The notes beneath the pieces were generated by a model that was not told the origin of the DNA, searched no databases, and was given only the letters and a program-made list of their open reading frames with translations. Of a stretch of 64,000 bases of DNA, positions 27,431 to 40,639 are shown in pieces. The stretch comes from the human T2T-CHM13v2.0 reference genome, Homo sapiens: the NCBI RefSeq assembly GCF_009914755.1, contig NC_060933.1; one strand, given 5' to 3'. The stretch's first letter is position 1. Each line of letters opens with the position of its first letter. Both the position numbers and the translations under genes were made by a program.

Positions 27431-28684
27431 GAGAGAAGAAAGGAGAAACAGTCCTGGATCACAGACACCACCCCTCCCTTACTCTGGGCAGCAGTGGCCT
27501 GGTGCAGAGAGTGTCTCTAGATGCCGTGGGAGAGAGAACACAGCAATTGTGAGACATTGAACGCAGTGCAATCCTGTTAGAGGAGAAAGGAAAACCCAAT
27601 CAAACTCAGCTGATGCCCACCCATTGAGGGAGTGTTTAAACCAGCCCTAGCCAGAGGGGAATGGTACCAACTTAAGTGCCTGCAAACCTCGCCACTGCCA
27701 CCAAGGGCTACAGTGCTCTGTGTCTCCAAGTAAATTTGAAAGGAAGTCTAGGACATAAGGACTGCAACTCTTAGGTGGGTCCTAGTGTTGAACTAGACCC
27801 AGGGACAGTGGACAGGGATGTTGGGGACGAGACATACTGAGATACCAGCTGGGGCAGCCAAGGGAGTACTAGCATCACCCAACCCTTAGCCCCGGGATAC
27901 ACAGCTCATGGCTCCAAAAGAGACCCCTTCCTTCCACTTGAGGAGAGGAGAGGGAAAGTAGGGGGGACTTTGCCTTGCATCTTGGATACCATCCCAGCCA
28001 CATCAAGATAGGGCACCAGTCAGAGTTGTGAGGCCCCTGTTCCGGGCCCTAGCTCCCAGACGACATTTCTAGACACACCCTGGGCCAGAAGGGAGCCCAC
28101 TGCCTTGAAGAAGAAGAAAAAAAAAAGTCCTGGCAGCATTCATCACTTGCTAACTGAAGAGACCCTGGGCCCTGAATAACCAGCAATAATACCCAGGCAC
28201 TACATTGAGCACCTTGGTGAGCCTCTGATATTTGCTGGCTTCAGGTGAGACTCAGCACATTACCAACTGTGGTGGCTACAGGGCAAAACTCCTGCTTGAA
28301 AAAAGCAGAAGAAAAAGTAAAGGGGACTTTGTCTTTCTTGCACCTTAGGTAACCGCACAGCCACAGGGGTGTAGAGCACCAATTAGGCTCTTAGAGTCCT
28401 TGATTCCAGGCCTTGACTCTTAGATGGCATTTCTGGACCTGCCCTGGGCCAGAAGGGAGCCCACTGCCCTAAAAGGTGAGTCCCAGGCCAGGCAACATTC
28501 ACCACAAGCTGACTTAAGAGCCCTTGGACCTTAAGGGAACATTGGAGACAATCTGGCAGTATTTCTTGTGGCCTGGAGTGGCAGGGGCTGTAGGGCGAGG
28601 GGCTCCCTAGCTATCTGGCCAGTCATTGGCAGCTCTGTGGAACATTAAGCAAGCTACAGCTCCTCTGACTTTGTAAAGGGGAGG

Positions 28685-29048
28685 TGATATGGTTTGGCTG
28701 TGTCCCTATTCAAATCTCATCTTGAATTGTAGCTCCCATAATTCCCACATGTCGTGGGAGGGACCCGGTGGGAGATCATTGAATCATGGGGGCAGGTCTT
28801 TTCCCATGCTGTGCTGGTGATAGTGAATAAGTCTCATGAGATCTGATGGTTTTATAAAAAGGCCATTCCTCTGCACATGCTCTCTTGCCTCCCACCACAT
28901 AAGACATATTTTTTTCTCCTTTGCCTTCCACCATGATTGTGAGGCCTACCCAGCCATGTGGAACTGTGAGTCCATTAAAACTCTTTCCTTTAACAATTAC
29001 CCAGTCTCAGATATGTCTTTATTAGCAGTGGGAGAACAGACTAATACA
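28685..29048 (+). mobile_element. THE1 (B/C) MaLR solo LTR
   Basis: TGATATGGTTTGGCTGTGTCCC...ACAGACTAATACA; near-TSD GGAGG/AGAGG. Confidence 0.95.
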
Positions 29049-29695
29049 AGAGGGAGGAGTGGGAAGGATTGCATCTGGTGGTTTGAGTGCCAGATCGGCC
29101 GCAATACAACAGAACACTAGATAGACTTCTAAGATTTTTGACTCTACTTCCTGACTCCCAGACAGCACCTCTGGACCCACTCAGGGCCTGAGGGACCTCG
29201 CTGCCCTACAGGGAAGGACACATGCCTAGCTGGCTTTGCCACCTGCTGATTTTAGAGCTACAGGGCCTTGAGCGAACATAGGCAGTAGCCAGGGAGTGGT
29301 TACAGCAGGCTTTGGGAGAGACTCAGTGCTTTCCTGGCCTCAGATCTGACCCAGCACAGTCATAGTAGTGGTGGCCACAGAGATGCTTGTGTCATTCCCT
29401 GCCCCAGCTTCAGGTGGCTCCCAACACAGAGAGAAATGGTGTGTTTGGAAGAAATTAAGGGAAGGATTACCTGGTAATCCAGAGAATTATCCTGGATATT
29501 GTCCAAAACCATAAAGGCAGTACCTCTACAGGTTTGGAAGAACCACAGTGCTACTGGGCTTGGAGCATCCGCCAAAACAGATACAGCTTAGATCACAATA
29601 CCCAAGTCCTTTCAAGTATCTGGAAAGCCTTCCCAAGAAGGACAGCTACAAATAAACCCAGACAGTGAAGATTACAATAAATACCTAACTCTTCA

Positions 29696-30680
29696 ATGCC
29701 CAGACACTGAAGAACCTCTGCTAGCATCAACACTATCCGGGAAAACATGCCCTCGCTAAATGAACTAAATAAAGCACCAAGGACCAATCCCGGAGAAACA
29801 GAGATATGTGATATTTCAGACAGAGAATTCAAAATAGCTGTGTTGAGGAAAACTCAAAGAAATTCGAGATAACAGAGGAGGAATTCAGAATCCTATCAGA
29901 TAAATTTAACAAAGAGATTGAAACAATTAAAAAGAATCAAACAGAAATTTGGGAGCTGAAAAATGCAACTGGCATACTGAAGAATGCTTCAGAGTCCTTT
30001 AATAGCAGAACTGATCAAACAGAAGAAAGAACTAGAGAGCTTGAAGACAGGCCATTTGAAAATACACAGTCAGAGGAGACAAAACAAAAACAGAATAACA
30101 AACAATGAAGCGCACCTACAGGATCCAGAAAACAGCCTGAAAAGGGAAAATCTAAGGTTATTGGCCTTGCAGAGGAGAGAGAAAGAGATACGGATAGAAA
30201 GTTTATTCAAAGTGATAATAACTGAGAACTTCCCAAATCTAGAGAAAGATATCGATATCCAAGTACAAGAAGGCTGTAGAACAACACCAAGCAGATTTAA
30301 CACCAAGCAGATTTCAAAGAAGACTATCTCAAGGCATTTAATAATCAAACTCCCAAAATTCAAGGATAAAGAAAGGACCCTAAAAGCAGCAAGAGGAAAG
30401 AAACAAATAACATACAATGGAGCTCCAATAGGCCTGGCAGCAGACTTTTCAGTGGAAAGCTTACAGGCCAGGAGATAGTGCCATGACATTATTTAAAGTG
30501 CAGAAGGAAAAAACTTTTACCCTATAATAGTATATCCAGCAAAAAGTATCCTTCAAACATGAAGGAAAAATAAAGACATTACTAGACAAACAAAAGCTGA
30601 GGGATTTCATCAACACCAGACCTGTCCTACAAGAAATGCTACAGGGAGTACTTCAATCAGAAAGAAAAGAACATTAATGA
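29696..30680 (+). pseudogene. Disrupted L1 ORF1p coding remnant
   Basis: ORF 29984-30478 carries the L1 ORF1p RRM/CTD motifs; frameshifted and stopped. Confidence 0.8.
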
Positions 30681-32310
30681 GCAATAAATAATCACCTGAA
30701 GGTACAAAACTCACTGGTCATAATAGATACACAGAAAAACACAAAATATTATACCACTGTAACTGTGGTGCATAAACTACTCATATCCTAAGTGGAACCA
30801 CTAAAAGATGAACCAACCAAAAATAACTGCAACAGCTTTTCAAGACATAGTTAGTAAAATTGAAACAATAAAAATTTAAAAAGTGGGGGGATGGTGGAGA
30901 GAATGAAGTTAAGATGTAGAGTTTTTATTAGTTTTCTTTTTGATTGTTTGTTTGTTTATACAAATAGTGTTAAGTTGTTATCAGGTTAAAATAATGGATT
31001 ATAAGATAGTATTTGCAAGCCTCATGGTAACCTCAAACCAAAAAACATACAGTGGATATCAATCCATCAAGAGAGCTCACCTGAATATGCCAGTCCCTGG
31101 TGGATGCTGCTGTCCCCAGTGGTGGGATCAGCAAGCTTATTGGTCTGTCTATCCCAACAAGTGAAATAAGCATGCCAAGGTTTGAAGAACTACACAGAAC
31201 CAGCCAAATGGAAAAAAAAAAAAAAAAAAGGAATTCTGAATAGTTGGGCCCATGTGAGGTGTCAGAGAAGCTATTATTTTTTGAGATGTAAGCCTTTCTA
31301 ACCCAAACTGCCTTAAATGCTTGCTTCGTGAGCTTCAAGAGTGTCGCACAAGTGGGGAGCAGGTGGGGATAGGTCCCAGCTCACTGTGGAGGAAGTTCTG
31401 GGTTCCAGGCAGCAATGGCTGCCCGAAGAACTGACATGCTCAGGTAGCTGGGAACAGCCCTGAATCCAGAGGGCAGGGAGCCCTGTCTGGAGCCCCCCAC
31501 TTCACACCTGGCTATGCCAGCTGCAGGGCTGAGACTCCTGCCAGTGAGATATGAGCCCCTGGGTCATGGCTGCAGCTTGCTGGCTGATACTCGGTGTCCC
31601 TCTCTCTGGAACTGTGGGCTCTCTGTCCCCGACTCAGAATGGCAATTCTGACCCCTCTACCACCCTCAGTCCCATGTGGAATGAGAGACAGAGAGGTGGA
31701 GTCTAGTCTCTATGACCACGTGCCCATGCATGCCTGCAGAGCCCAGGCCCCACAGCCCTGCCCCCGAGTCACATGCATGGCCCACAGGGACAAGATCAAT
31801 GTCCAGTCGGAACGGGGAGCTCGGTTGCTCATGCTGGACCGGCATGGCCGTTTCCTGCTCCTTTTCAGCAGTGACCACAAACCTTCTCCTCCAACATTCA
31901 GAAACAGCCTGCATCCGGCTGAACCACACTCAGGCTTCCTTTACCCCTGGAAAAGCCTACTCTACCCAGATGCTACTGATGTTTCCCTCCTGGTATCCCA
32001 AAGGATGCCACACGCCCCTCGCCTCCTGTGCCAGTACTCCACCAGCACACACCTTTGAGTCGTAAGAACAGGGCTGGCAAGGGGCAGAAAATTGTGTGGA
32101 CTGGGGTTGCCATTAGAGGAACTTGGTGAACAAGTGAACCAATGAACAAGCACTTTGAGATTGCAGTGTTTATGCATTTGAGTGGAAATGGGCCAAATGC
32201 CCCTCTTCTTAAAAGGCGATAGCAGTTTTCTAGGAGCACAGCTTACACCTGTGAGTCCTAAAGGCAGCTCCATAAGACACCAACTGGCCCTGGAGAGGTG
32301 AGAAGGGCGG

Positions 32311-32680
32311 TATATTCATCAGCTGGAGCTGCGTGGCTGTGGTGCCACAGACTGTGTGGCTTCAACAACAGAAATATAACGTTTCATAGTTCTGGAAGCT
32401 GGAAGTCTGAGATCAAGTTGTCATCAGGGTTGGTCTCTCCTTGCCTTGTAGATAGCATCTTCTCCCTATGTCCACACATGGCCTTTCTTCTGTGCCTGTG
32501 TCCTCATCTCCTCTTCTTAGAAGGAGACCAGTCAGATTGAGCTAGGGCCACCCTATGACCTCATTTCACTTTAATCACCTCTTTCAAGGCCCTATCTCCA
32601 AACACAGTCACATTCTGAGGTACTGGGAGTTGGGGGTCCACCATATGAATTTTAGGGGGGACACAGTTCAGTACATCACA
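32311..32680 (-). mobile_element. MLT1B/C MaLR solo LTR
   Basis: AGTTCTGGAAGCTGGAAGTCTGAGATCAAG, CAGTCACATTCTGAGGTACTGGG, GGACACAGTTCAG. Confidence 0.85.
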
Positions 32681-33431
32681 GGCAGTTCCCTCCCTCTGCT
32701 CTCACCCCTTGACCTCTCTTCCAATTTGCATTCACCTGCTTTGGCTTCCTCTGAGATGTTCTCAATACTCCTTCCTTTTATAGGCTTCATTCCAGGCATT
32801 TGATCATTTTCCGTTCATGAACTCTTCGTCTCTGTTCTATGTTTTAGGATCTTTTAAGGGTCCTATTATCCTTTGCTAACCACCAAAAAGTGAAGTCTGC
32901 AACCTGGAGAGCCTTCCCCTGCCTTGGGCTGCTCTGTGAGCTGAGCTCTGTGGTGCTGGGGTCTGCCTATCCTGCTTTGGAGATGGATTACTCCAGTGTC
33001 TCCCACATGATTCCAGGCTGTGGTCCCTTCAACGTAGCAGAAAACCTCTCCCCCACTGGTGCCCTTTTCCCCCACAAATCCAAGCCAATCCTGAGGAATG
33101 TCACTGGGATGACCAACTTAAGCCAGATACAACAGTATTGTCAATATCAGTGCTGGCACTGCCCAGACACAGACTCTCAGCTCAAACCCATGGACTAAAA
33201 CTACCTTCAGACTGAAACCTCTGATTCGTACCAGGGCCACGATTCAGCCTGGATTTCAACACATCTGGGGCCATCAGGCACCAGAGCACAATGCCACCCT
33301 CATAGCCAACAGCAACTACTGACCAGGGCTTTAACACAGAGCCTGCCATTGGCTGCTTTCACTGAGGTGTAGCAGGTCATTTTTGGAGGAGTCAAAAAAC
33401 ATTTGTTGGAGATTGCTAGTCAATTAGAGAC

Positions 33432-34025
33432 CGTATAGCCTAGTGGTCCCAAAGCACAAATTCTGGACTTTGCCTAAGTTTGAATCCTGACTCTTCTAGT
33501 TCCTAGCTGTGTGACCTAGGGTACATTACCTGACCTCACTGGGCCTCCAATTACTCTTCTATAAAGTAGAAACAATAATACAGTTGGCCCTCCATATCTA
33601 CAGGTTCCGCATCCATGAATTCAACCAACCTCAGATAGAAGATATTTGGGGGAAAAAAATAAATGATTGAGTCTGCACTGAACATGTACAGACTTTTTTT
33701 TTTGCCACTGTATGTAATGTATGTAAACAATACAGTACAACACACATTGCATTTACACTGTATTAGATGTCATAAGTAATCTAGAGATGATTTAACATAT
33801 ACAGGAGGCTATGCATAGGTCATATGCAAATATCACACCACTTTATATGAGATTTGAGCGTCCGTGGATTTTGGTATCTGCAGTGGGTACCAGAACCAGT
33901 CTCCCATGGATACTGAGAGATGACTGTACTTACCTTCTAAGGGAATTGGATTAAATGAGATTATCTATAGACAGCACTTAGAGAGCACCTGAGGGTACAG
34001 TAAGCATTCTATAAGTGTTTCTTTG
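33432..34025 (+). mobile_element. MIR split by MER2
   Basis: TTTGAATCCTGACTC..CTAGCTGTGTGACCTAGGG and GGATTAAATGAGAT..AGCACTTAG. Confidence 0.75.
33581..33926. mobile_element. MER2 (TcMar-Tigger MITE)
   Basis: CAGTTGGCCCTCC...GAGAGATGACTG termini, TA duplications. Confidence 0.9.
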
Positions 34026-34542
34026 AATTATTATGGTGCTTGCATCATTATTTCATACTCACTGTAGGGAGTTTCTCATCTGCCTCTCAAACTGTGTTCC
34101 ACCTTATCTGTTCTGGTGGGTAGAAGGCAAAGCACCTGGCCCCGTTACAGTTATAGCTGAACCATGACCAATGAGTCTGAGCATTGGATGGCATGAACAT
34201 CGGAGATCCTCTCCTGTGAATCTCAAGTGACCCTCCTTGCCCCTCCCCAACTCTCCCACTGCGGGATTTTCCCAGGACAGAATCTCAGAATGAGCTGGCT
34301 CTACAGGCACTCACAGATGCACCCTTACCTTGACCTGCAGGCCTGAAGCCGACCCAGCCCACAGGCAGCATTCCGAGCTGACACGTCAAGAAGCTCCAGA
34401 TGCCTCCCCGACCTTCACAAATGTGAAACAAGATGAAGGTGTTGACAGGGCTGGTCTGTAGAAATAGTATTTTGTTATTACTGAAATGTTAGAGTGTAAA
34501 ATAGAATGTTCTGTTCCTCTCTAGCCACAATGTCCCATTGAT

Positions 34543-34887
34543 TAGGGGTCCCCAGTCCCTGGACCATGAACCACTATCGGCCCATGGTTTGTTGGGGGCT
34601 GGGCCACACAGCAAGAGGTGAGTGGCGGGTGAGTGAGCATTACCGCATGAGCTCTGCCTCCTGTCAGATCAGTGGTGGCATTAGATTTTCATAGGAGCAC
34701 AAACCCTACTGTGAACTGAGCATGAGCGGGATCTAGGTTGTGCACTCCTTATGAGAATCATCTAACTAATGCCTGATGATCTGAGGTGGAACAGTTTCAT
34801 CCCAAAACCATTTCCCCTACCCCCATCCATGGAAAAACTGTTTTCCACAAAACCGGTCCCAGGCGCCAAAAAGGTTGGGGACCGCTG
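34543..34887. mobile_element. MER1B (hAT-Charlie)
   Basis: AGGGGTCCCCA...AAAAAGGTTGGGGACCGCTG TIRs; CCTCCTGTCAGATCAG core. Confidence 0.9.
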
Positions 34888-36034
34888 CTGTGGCACTGCC
34901 ATTTCTCAAGCTACCTAGAAGCTAGTTTGAACAGTGTGTGTATTTAAAGTAAATTTCATTTGGGACATTTTATTACAGAAGCTTATTATCTCTTTTTAAA
35001 GGAATCTTTCTTCTCAGGATCTTAAGGCATCTTATATCCATTGAAAAGGCCTCCTGTACCATGACAGCTTCTTCAAAGGACACCCTAGATAATAGCACAG
35101 GAATCCCAGGGAGATGAAATACCCTGAGATCCACAGACTTCCCTGAGATGGGGAGTCCTGTTTCCTCCTCTACCAAGCTGCTAACCAGTGGCCAAGTCAG
35201 ATTAAGCTGTATTTCCTCCCAACCCCCCCACCCCCAATCTGCAGTGGAGGAGGTTTTAAGCAGGCAGTGGTTAAATCCTGGAAGGAGAAATTAGAGGAAA
35301 TGAAAAGACTCTCCCAACTTGGATGAGAAAGTGGTGGAGTGACAGGGTGGGCAAGACCCCAGCAAGCTGTCCGGGGCCAGGCCCATCCAGGAGTCCGGTG
35401 TGTTTCAGTGTCTGCCCAGGCCTCCTGTCTAGGAAGCTTTCCTGCCAGGTTCAGAAAATGAAGAACATAAACCACAGGACCCTATTTTATGGGTAGAAAT
35501 AATGTCAATGAGGGCAAATGGAGAAGAGTGAGGCAACAGCCACATCCGTCCAGGAAGGATGCCTGGGACACAGGTGGTTCTGCCAAAGAGCCAGAAGGAT
35601 GGAAGGAAATCTCAAAATTCAGATGAGAAGCCAGACAGTAGGAAAGCCAAAAAAGCACAATCTAATAATTTAGAAAATGAAAGAGGAGGAGGGCTGTTAA
35701 AGATATTCTCTGCTCCTTCGTAACATCTCAGCTCCTCTCTTCCTATGTAGAAATAAACGCTCACTGCAAAAGGCAATGATTTGCTTAGAAAAAATTCATT
35801 TAAAATGTCTTGCAATTATTGACACTGTCATCAGATCTTGGCAGTAGCAGCTTATTATTACCTCCTATGTATGTTTGCCGGGAGAAGAGTCTCATTGTTT
35901 AGGAGGGAGAAATAAAGCAAAAGTCCAAGGGTATTGTGCTTGAAATACATGCCTAGAGATATGGAGTTGATTGCCCCAGAAAAAAAAGGAAGCCTATGTG
36001 TATATTATTATTCACCTCGGTAGCCCGAATCCTC

Positions 36035-36038
<4 letters not shown>

Positions 36039-36116
<78 letters not shown>
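36039..36116. repeat. Perfect (TC)39 microsatellite
   Basis: Direct reading. Confidence 0.97.
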
Positions 36117-36119
<3 letters not shown>

Positions 36120-36640
36120 CAGTTGAGCTCAGCTGGGCAGCCATCCAAGTGATTCATATTAAATTCTAGCTATATTCAGCACAAAAGTCATCTAGCATCA
36201 GAGGATCAAAGTTACATCAACTAACAAGCACTGGGGGATTGATAAGCTGCTAAAATTAGGTCATTGCATAGCAGCAGCCTTTGATGGATGAAGTGAAATT
36301 TAGCCGCGGGTTTGCTATTTAAAGATCTGTTACAGCACCCTTTCCTGTAGCCACAATGAACACACAACAAAGTATCATGTGTCTGATTAAATGTTTAATC
36401 ATCGCTGTTGAGCTTGCCGACTGTGGCAAAGATTCAGTTTCCTTAAGAGTGCATTCAGCTCTTGGGCCAAGCCAGTACCTGCATTTTAATTCCCACATCC
36501 AGAGCCTTACAACAGGGCCCATTTCTCCCTCCTCAGGATGAATTCTGTAAAGTTAGTTTAATCGTTTTTAAAAGCATTTGGTCACACAGTTCCACCTCTA
36601 AGTCCCTGTCAGTTCAGTGTTTCAAAACTCTTCGTCAGCG

Positions 36641-36641
<1 letters not shown>

Positions 36642-36680
<39 letters not shown>
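36642..36680. repeat. (CA)19 microsatellite
   Basis: Direct reading. Confidence 0.97.
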
Positions 36681-36682
<2 letters not shown>

Positions 36683-38126
36683 CTCCAGACTGCCCAGTGG
36701 ATGCAGCAACTGGTCTGGTGAGCGCATTTCTGTTTCTTGCTCATTCCCTCAATTTCAGAATCACACACCTGTCCAAAATGGCTCACGTCTCTCTCTTCTT
36801 TGGGACTGTTTTTGTTTCCAGATGGGTTAAGGTGGGGATTTGACTTCATTTGGTTTAGGTTTTGGCTGTGGCTGAGGCCCCAGGCATGTGGCAGTCACCA
36901 GTTCTGATTTCATAACTCCCATGGCCAGGCCAGGAGCCACACAGGAAGCCGGAAGGGGCCTCGGGTCAGTGTGTCCTGTCCCAGCAGCACGGGGTGGGGG
37001 ACTGTGTGCCCCCAGGTGTCCTATCCACCCCTCAGCTCCAAAGGGCATGTGGACATGCGTCAGGTCCCCTGAGGCCATCTACAAACACCAGATGGACTGT
37101 TGAGCTTCCCAGGCTCAGAACCTAAGAACCCGCAACTGGAAGGAAAAGGCAGCAGAAGATGAGAAAAACGGTCAGGGAGGAAAGAAAACACTTTAACCCA
37201 AACAAAGTTTAAAATAAAATAAAGAGTGGTGAACACTCAGCTGGGAGAGGAGAGGAGGCCTCTGTGGGCAAAGGGAAATGCTGCTGAGAGGCAGCTAAGC
37301 CTGAGTCTGGAAGACTGGAGGGAGGCAGCTCCAGGGTGAGCACCTGGAGTGCACAAGGCTCTGGAAGGGGAGGGCAAGGGGTATCACCCTCCCCAGAGCC
37401 CCAGGGAAGCCTGATTCATCAGTACACCCAGGAAGGGGCTGGCTGCAGCGATAGCCCCCTGCCCAGTTGTCCCAGATGAACCCTGGGCTTGGAAACAGTC
37501 CAGGGACACTGGCAGACTGAGAGCCACCGGAGAGGGTCACCCCGTCCCCCTCCTGCCTGTAGGGGCACACAGGTTTCCCACTAACCCTCAGTCCCAGTTG
37601 ACCAATTACCAGATAAGAAGATTGGATCCTCCTATCCTTACAGACACAAGGACACAGGTGGGAATGGCTTTTCATATGCAAATTCCATGCCATTTGCTTC
37701 CTATTCCAGCCAAACAGTTGTGCAGAAGATAAAACGAATCAGGGAGTGCTCCAGGGAGTGCTCCCGGCTCTCAGGAGTACTGTAGGGAGTGGAGACAGGA
37801 AGGAAGCCATGACAGGGAAGGTGACAATATTGGCCCGGTGCTCTAGATGCAGTTCTGCAGGCGCTCACTGAAGAGACTGCTGGAGAAGGCAGGAGGATGT
37901 GCTCGCGGTTTCCTGTGATGTGGTGAGGGCAGGTGGAGCTTCAGCACCCAGAGGCTGGAGGGAGATCCTTAGGTGGCCCAGGTGACGCAGGAGCCTGGGC
38001 TTTCACTCAGATTCAGACCAGAGAGACAACGTAGGAAACTTGATTTTAAACCTGGGAGTGGCTGAGTGCCTTGTTCTTGGCTATGTTTCAGTGTGATCTT
38101 ACACATAGCTACCCAGCACATCTGTC

Positions 38127-38553
38127 TGTCTTCGTTTATGTTCCTTCAGAAGCCAACCCTAAAATAACATCCAAGGGCAGGCAGCAAATTTGGGAAGTTA
38201 TCTCTGGGAGCACTGTAGGGAGTGGAGACAGGAAGAGAGACAGGACAGGGAAGGTGACAGTAAAACAGCTGCCCCATGGACAACTAGAGCCTAATCCCTC
38301 TTGGGAACTCCAGGTTCCAGTCCCATGAAGGAAGGTAGCTGGAGTGTGTGAGCCACTCCCATAGCCACTGGTGGAACACTGCTGGGTGCAGGTAGGGCAT
38401 TACTTCTCTGGCATTCCAACCTGCTGAATCTTCAGGAAAATCAGGCTCTAATGGCCAGAAAAAGATGCTGGAGGGTGGCAGTTTACAGGCATGCACTTTC
38501 ACAGTAGTAGGATGGGGCTAGGAGCTGAAGAGCATGTACACAGCACTTGCTAC
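38127..38553 (-). mobile_element. LTR33/LTR16-type ERVL LTR remnant
   Basis: TTCCTTCAGAAGCCAACCCT, ATTTGGGAAGT, GGACAACTAGAGCCTAATCCC, ends GCTACA. Confidence 0.6.
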
Positions 38554-38910
38554 AACATCCAAGATTTTATTTTCAAGAGATGCTTTCTGAAAGCTTAGAG
38601 TTGAGCCCTATGTCATGGGAGATAGGAACAAAAAAACCTCATTAGAGTCACAAGTTGTTTTCAAGGTTAATTCAAAGGGTCACGTCTATTCATGTTCAAA
38701 ATCCCAGCCATGTGTATCTTTACACACAGTAGATGCTCAGATCATCCACCTAGGTGATGAGATGTATCCCGGGCATGTGGGCACTTCAACCAGAGGCCTA
38801 TCCTTGAGGCCAGTAAGTTACTGCACGTACATTACACCAGTATGATGCTGTCATTATTAATCACCTTCATCTATGTCATTTAAATTGTATCAGGATGGTG
38901 TTGTAGGTCA

Positions 38911-39811
38911 TGTTGGCTGATTTTATTTTCCAAAGACAATGATGTTGGTATGAGCCATCCCACAAGCTCTCTGTATCGTGTGATGCTAACCTTCTCTCAA
39001 GAGGTGGGATCTATGTTCCCTCCTGTTATGAGCTGAATTGTATTCCCCCAAAATTCATATGTTGAAGCCCTAACCCCCAGTATCTCAGAATGTGACTGCC
39101 TTTGGAGACAGGGTCTCTAAAGAGATAAGTAAGGCTAAATATGGTCCTTAAGGTAGGCCCTAACCCAATATGACAGTGTCCTTATTACAAGAGGAGATTA
39201 GAACACAGACAGACACAGAGGGATGACCACATGAAGACACAGGGAGAAGACAGCATCCACAAGCCAAGGAGACAGGCTTCAGGAGAAACCAACCCTGTTG
39301 ACACCTTTATCTCAGACTTCTACTCTCAAAACTGTAAGAAAATTAATTTCTGTTGTTTAAGCCATCCAGTCTATAGTACTTTGTCATGGCAGCCCTAGTA
39401 CACTGCTGTACCTCTCCCTCGAGCCTGGGCAGAACTTTATAAGTATCTTAACTAACAGAATGCAGTGGGGATGATACTGTATAACTTCCAAAGCTAAATG
39501 GGGAGTTGTGGAAAAGCCATAGAGTTTACACCTGGTTTTCTGTCTCTCATGGATGCTTGCTGGAACCCCAGCTAGCTGACATCGAGTGACAGCACGGGGA
39601 AGAACTGAGGCCCCCAAGCCAACAGCCAGCTCCAATCACCAGACACATAACATGAGTAAGGCTAGAGGGTATGCAAGCCCCCAGCCTCAGTGTCTTTCAG
39701 TTGAATTCCCGTCTGAATTCCCAACCCACTGAATTCATGCACATAAAAAACAATTGTTGCATGCCACCATATTTTGGGGTAATTTATCATGGAGTCATGG
39801 TAACCAGAGTA
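38911..39811 (+). mobile_element. MLT1G/H-type LTR hosting MLT1B
   Basis: AAGAGGTGGGATCTATGTTCCCTCC|CCTCGAGCCTGGGC..AGAATGCAGTGG; TTTTGGGGTAATTT. Confidence 0.65.
39024..39410 (+). mobile_element. MLT1B solo LTR
   Basis: TGTTATGAGCTGAATTG..CCCCAAAATTCATATGTTGAAG; near-TSD CCTCC/CCTCT. Confidence 0.9.
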
Positions 39812-40237
39812 GTCTTAGACAGCAAATAGTGCACACTTCAATTTTCCAATGAGAAAACTGAGATGAAGAAAAACTCAATGATCTTCCAAGGCCAAACAAC
39901 TAGAAAGTGGCAAAATGAAAGGAATTTTGCTAGAATGAATAATTATGAAATGCAAATTACAAGGAAGGTAACACACTAAGCCACTGGGGGCACAAAGATG
40001 GCCTTGGGGAAAGCCCCCTTGCCTATGCAACTATGAGCCCACATGCCATGAGCCTTTTCTCCTAAGAACTATGTAAGTAGATCTGTTGGATAAGTTCCAG
40101 GAAGTGACATATTTCTTTTAAATTTTTTTTAGATAGTGTCTCATCTTCCCCCAAAGAGATGGCAATAATTTATACTCCACTCATAGCCTCTGTGAATGCC
40201 TGCTTCAGTAGAGAGTCGACAATATTATGGGTTGTAG

Positions 40238-40639
<402 letters not shown>

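Larger units (their letters stand above)
27431..31061 (+). mobile_element. L1MA-type (L1M1/M2) 5'UTR + ORF1 + inter-ORF region, no ORF2
   Basis: Repeated 5'UTR monomers CCCTGGGCCAGAAGGGAGCCCACTGCC; ORF1p homology ENFPNLEKD...RHLIIKL...KAAR.KKQITY.G.PI.LAADFS. Confidence 0.85.

Noticed and set aside
28064-28480. Direct repeats CCCTGGGCCAGAAGGGAGCCCACTGCC
   Set aside because: Intrinsic monomer structure of this L1 5'UTR class
31062-31229. Processed pseudogene or 3' transduction ending in poly-A
   Set aside because: No AATAAA, TSD or recognisable source
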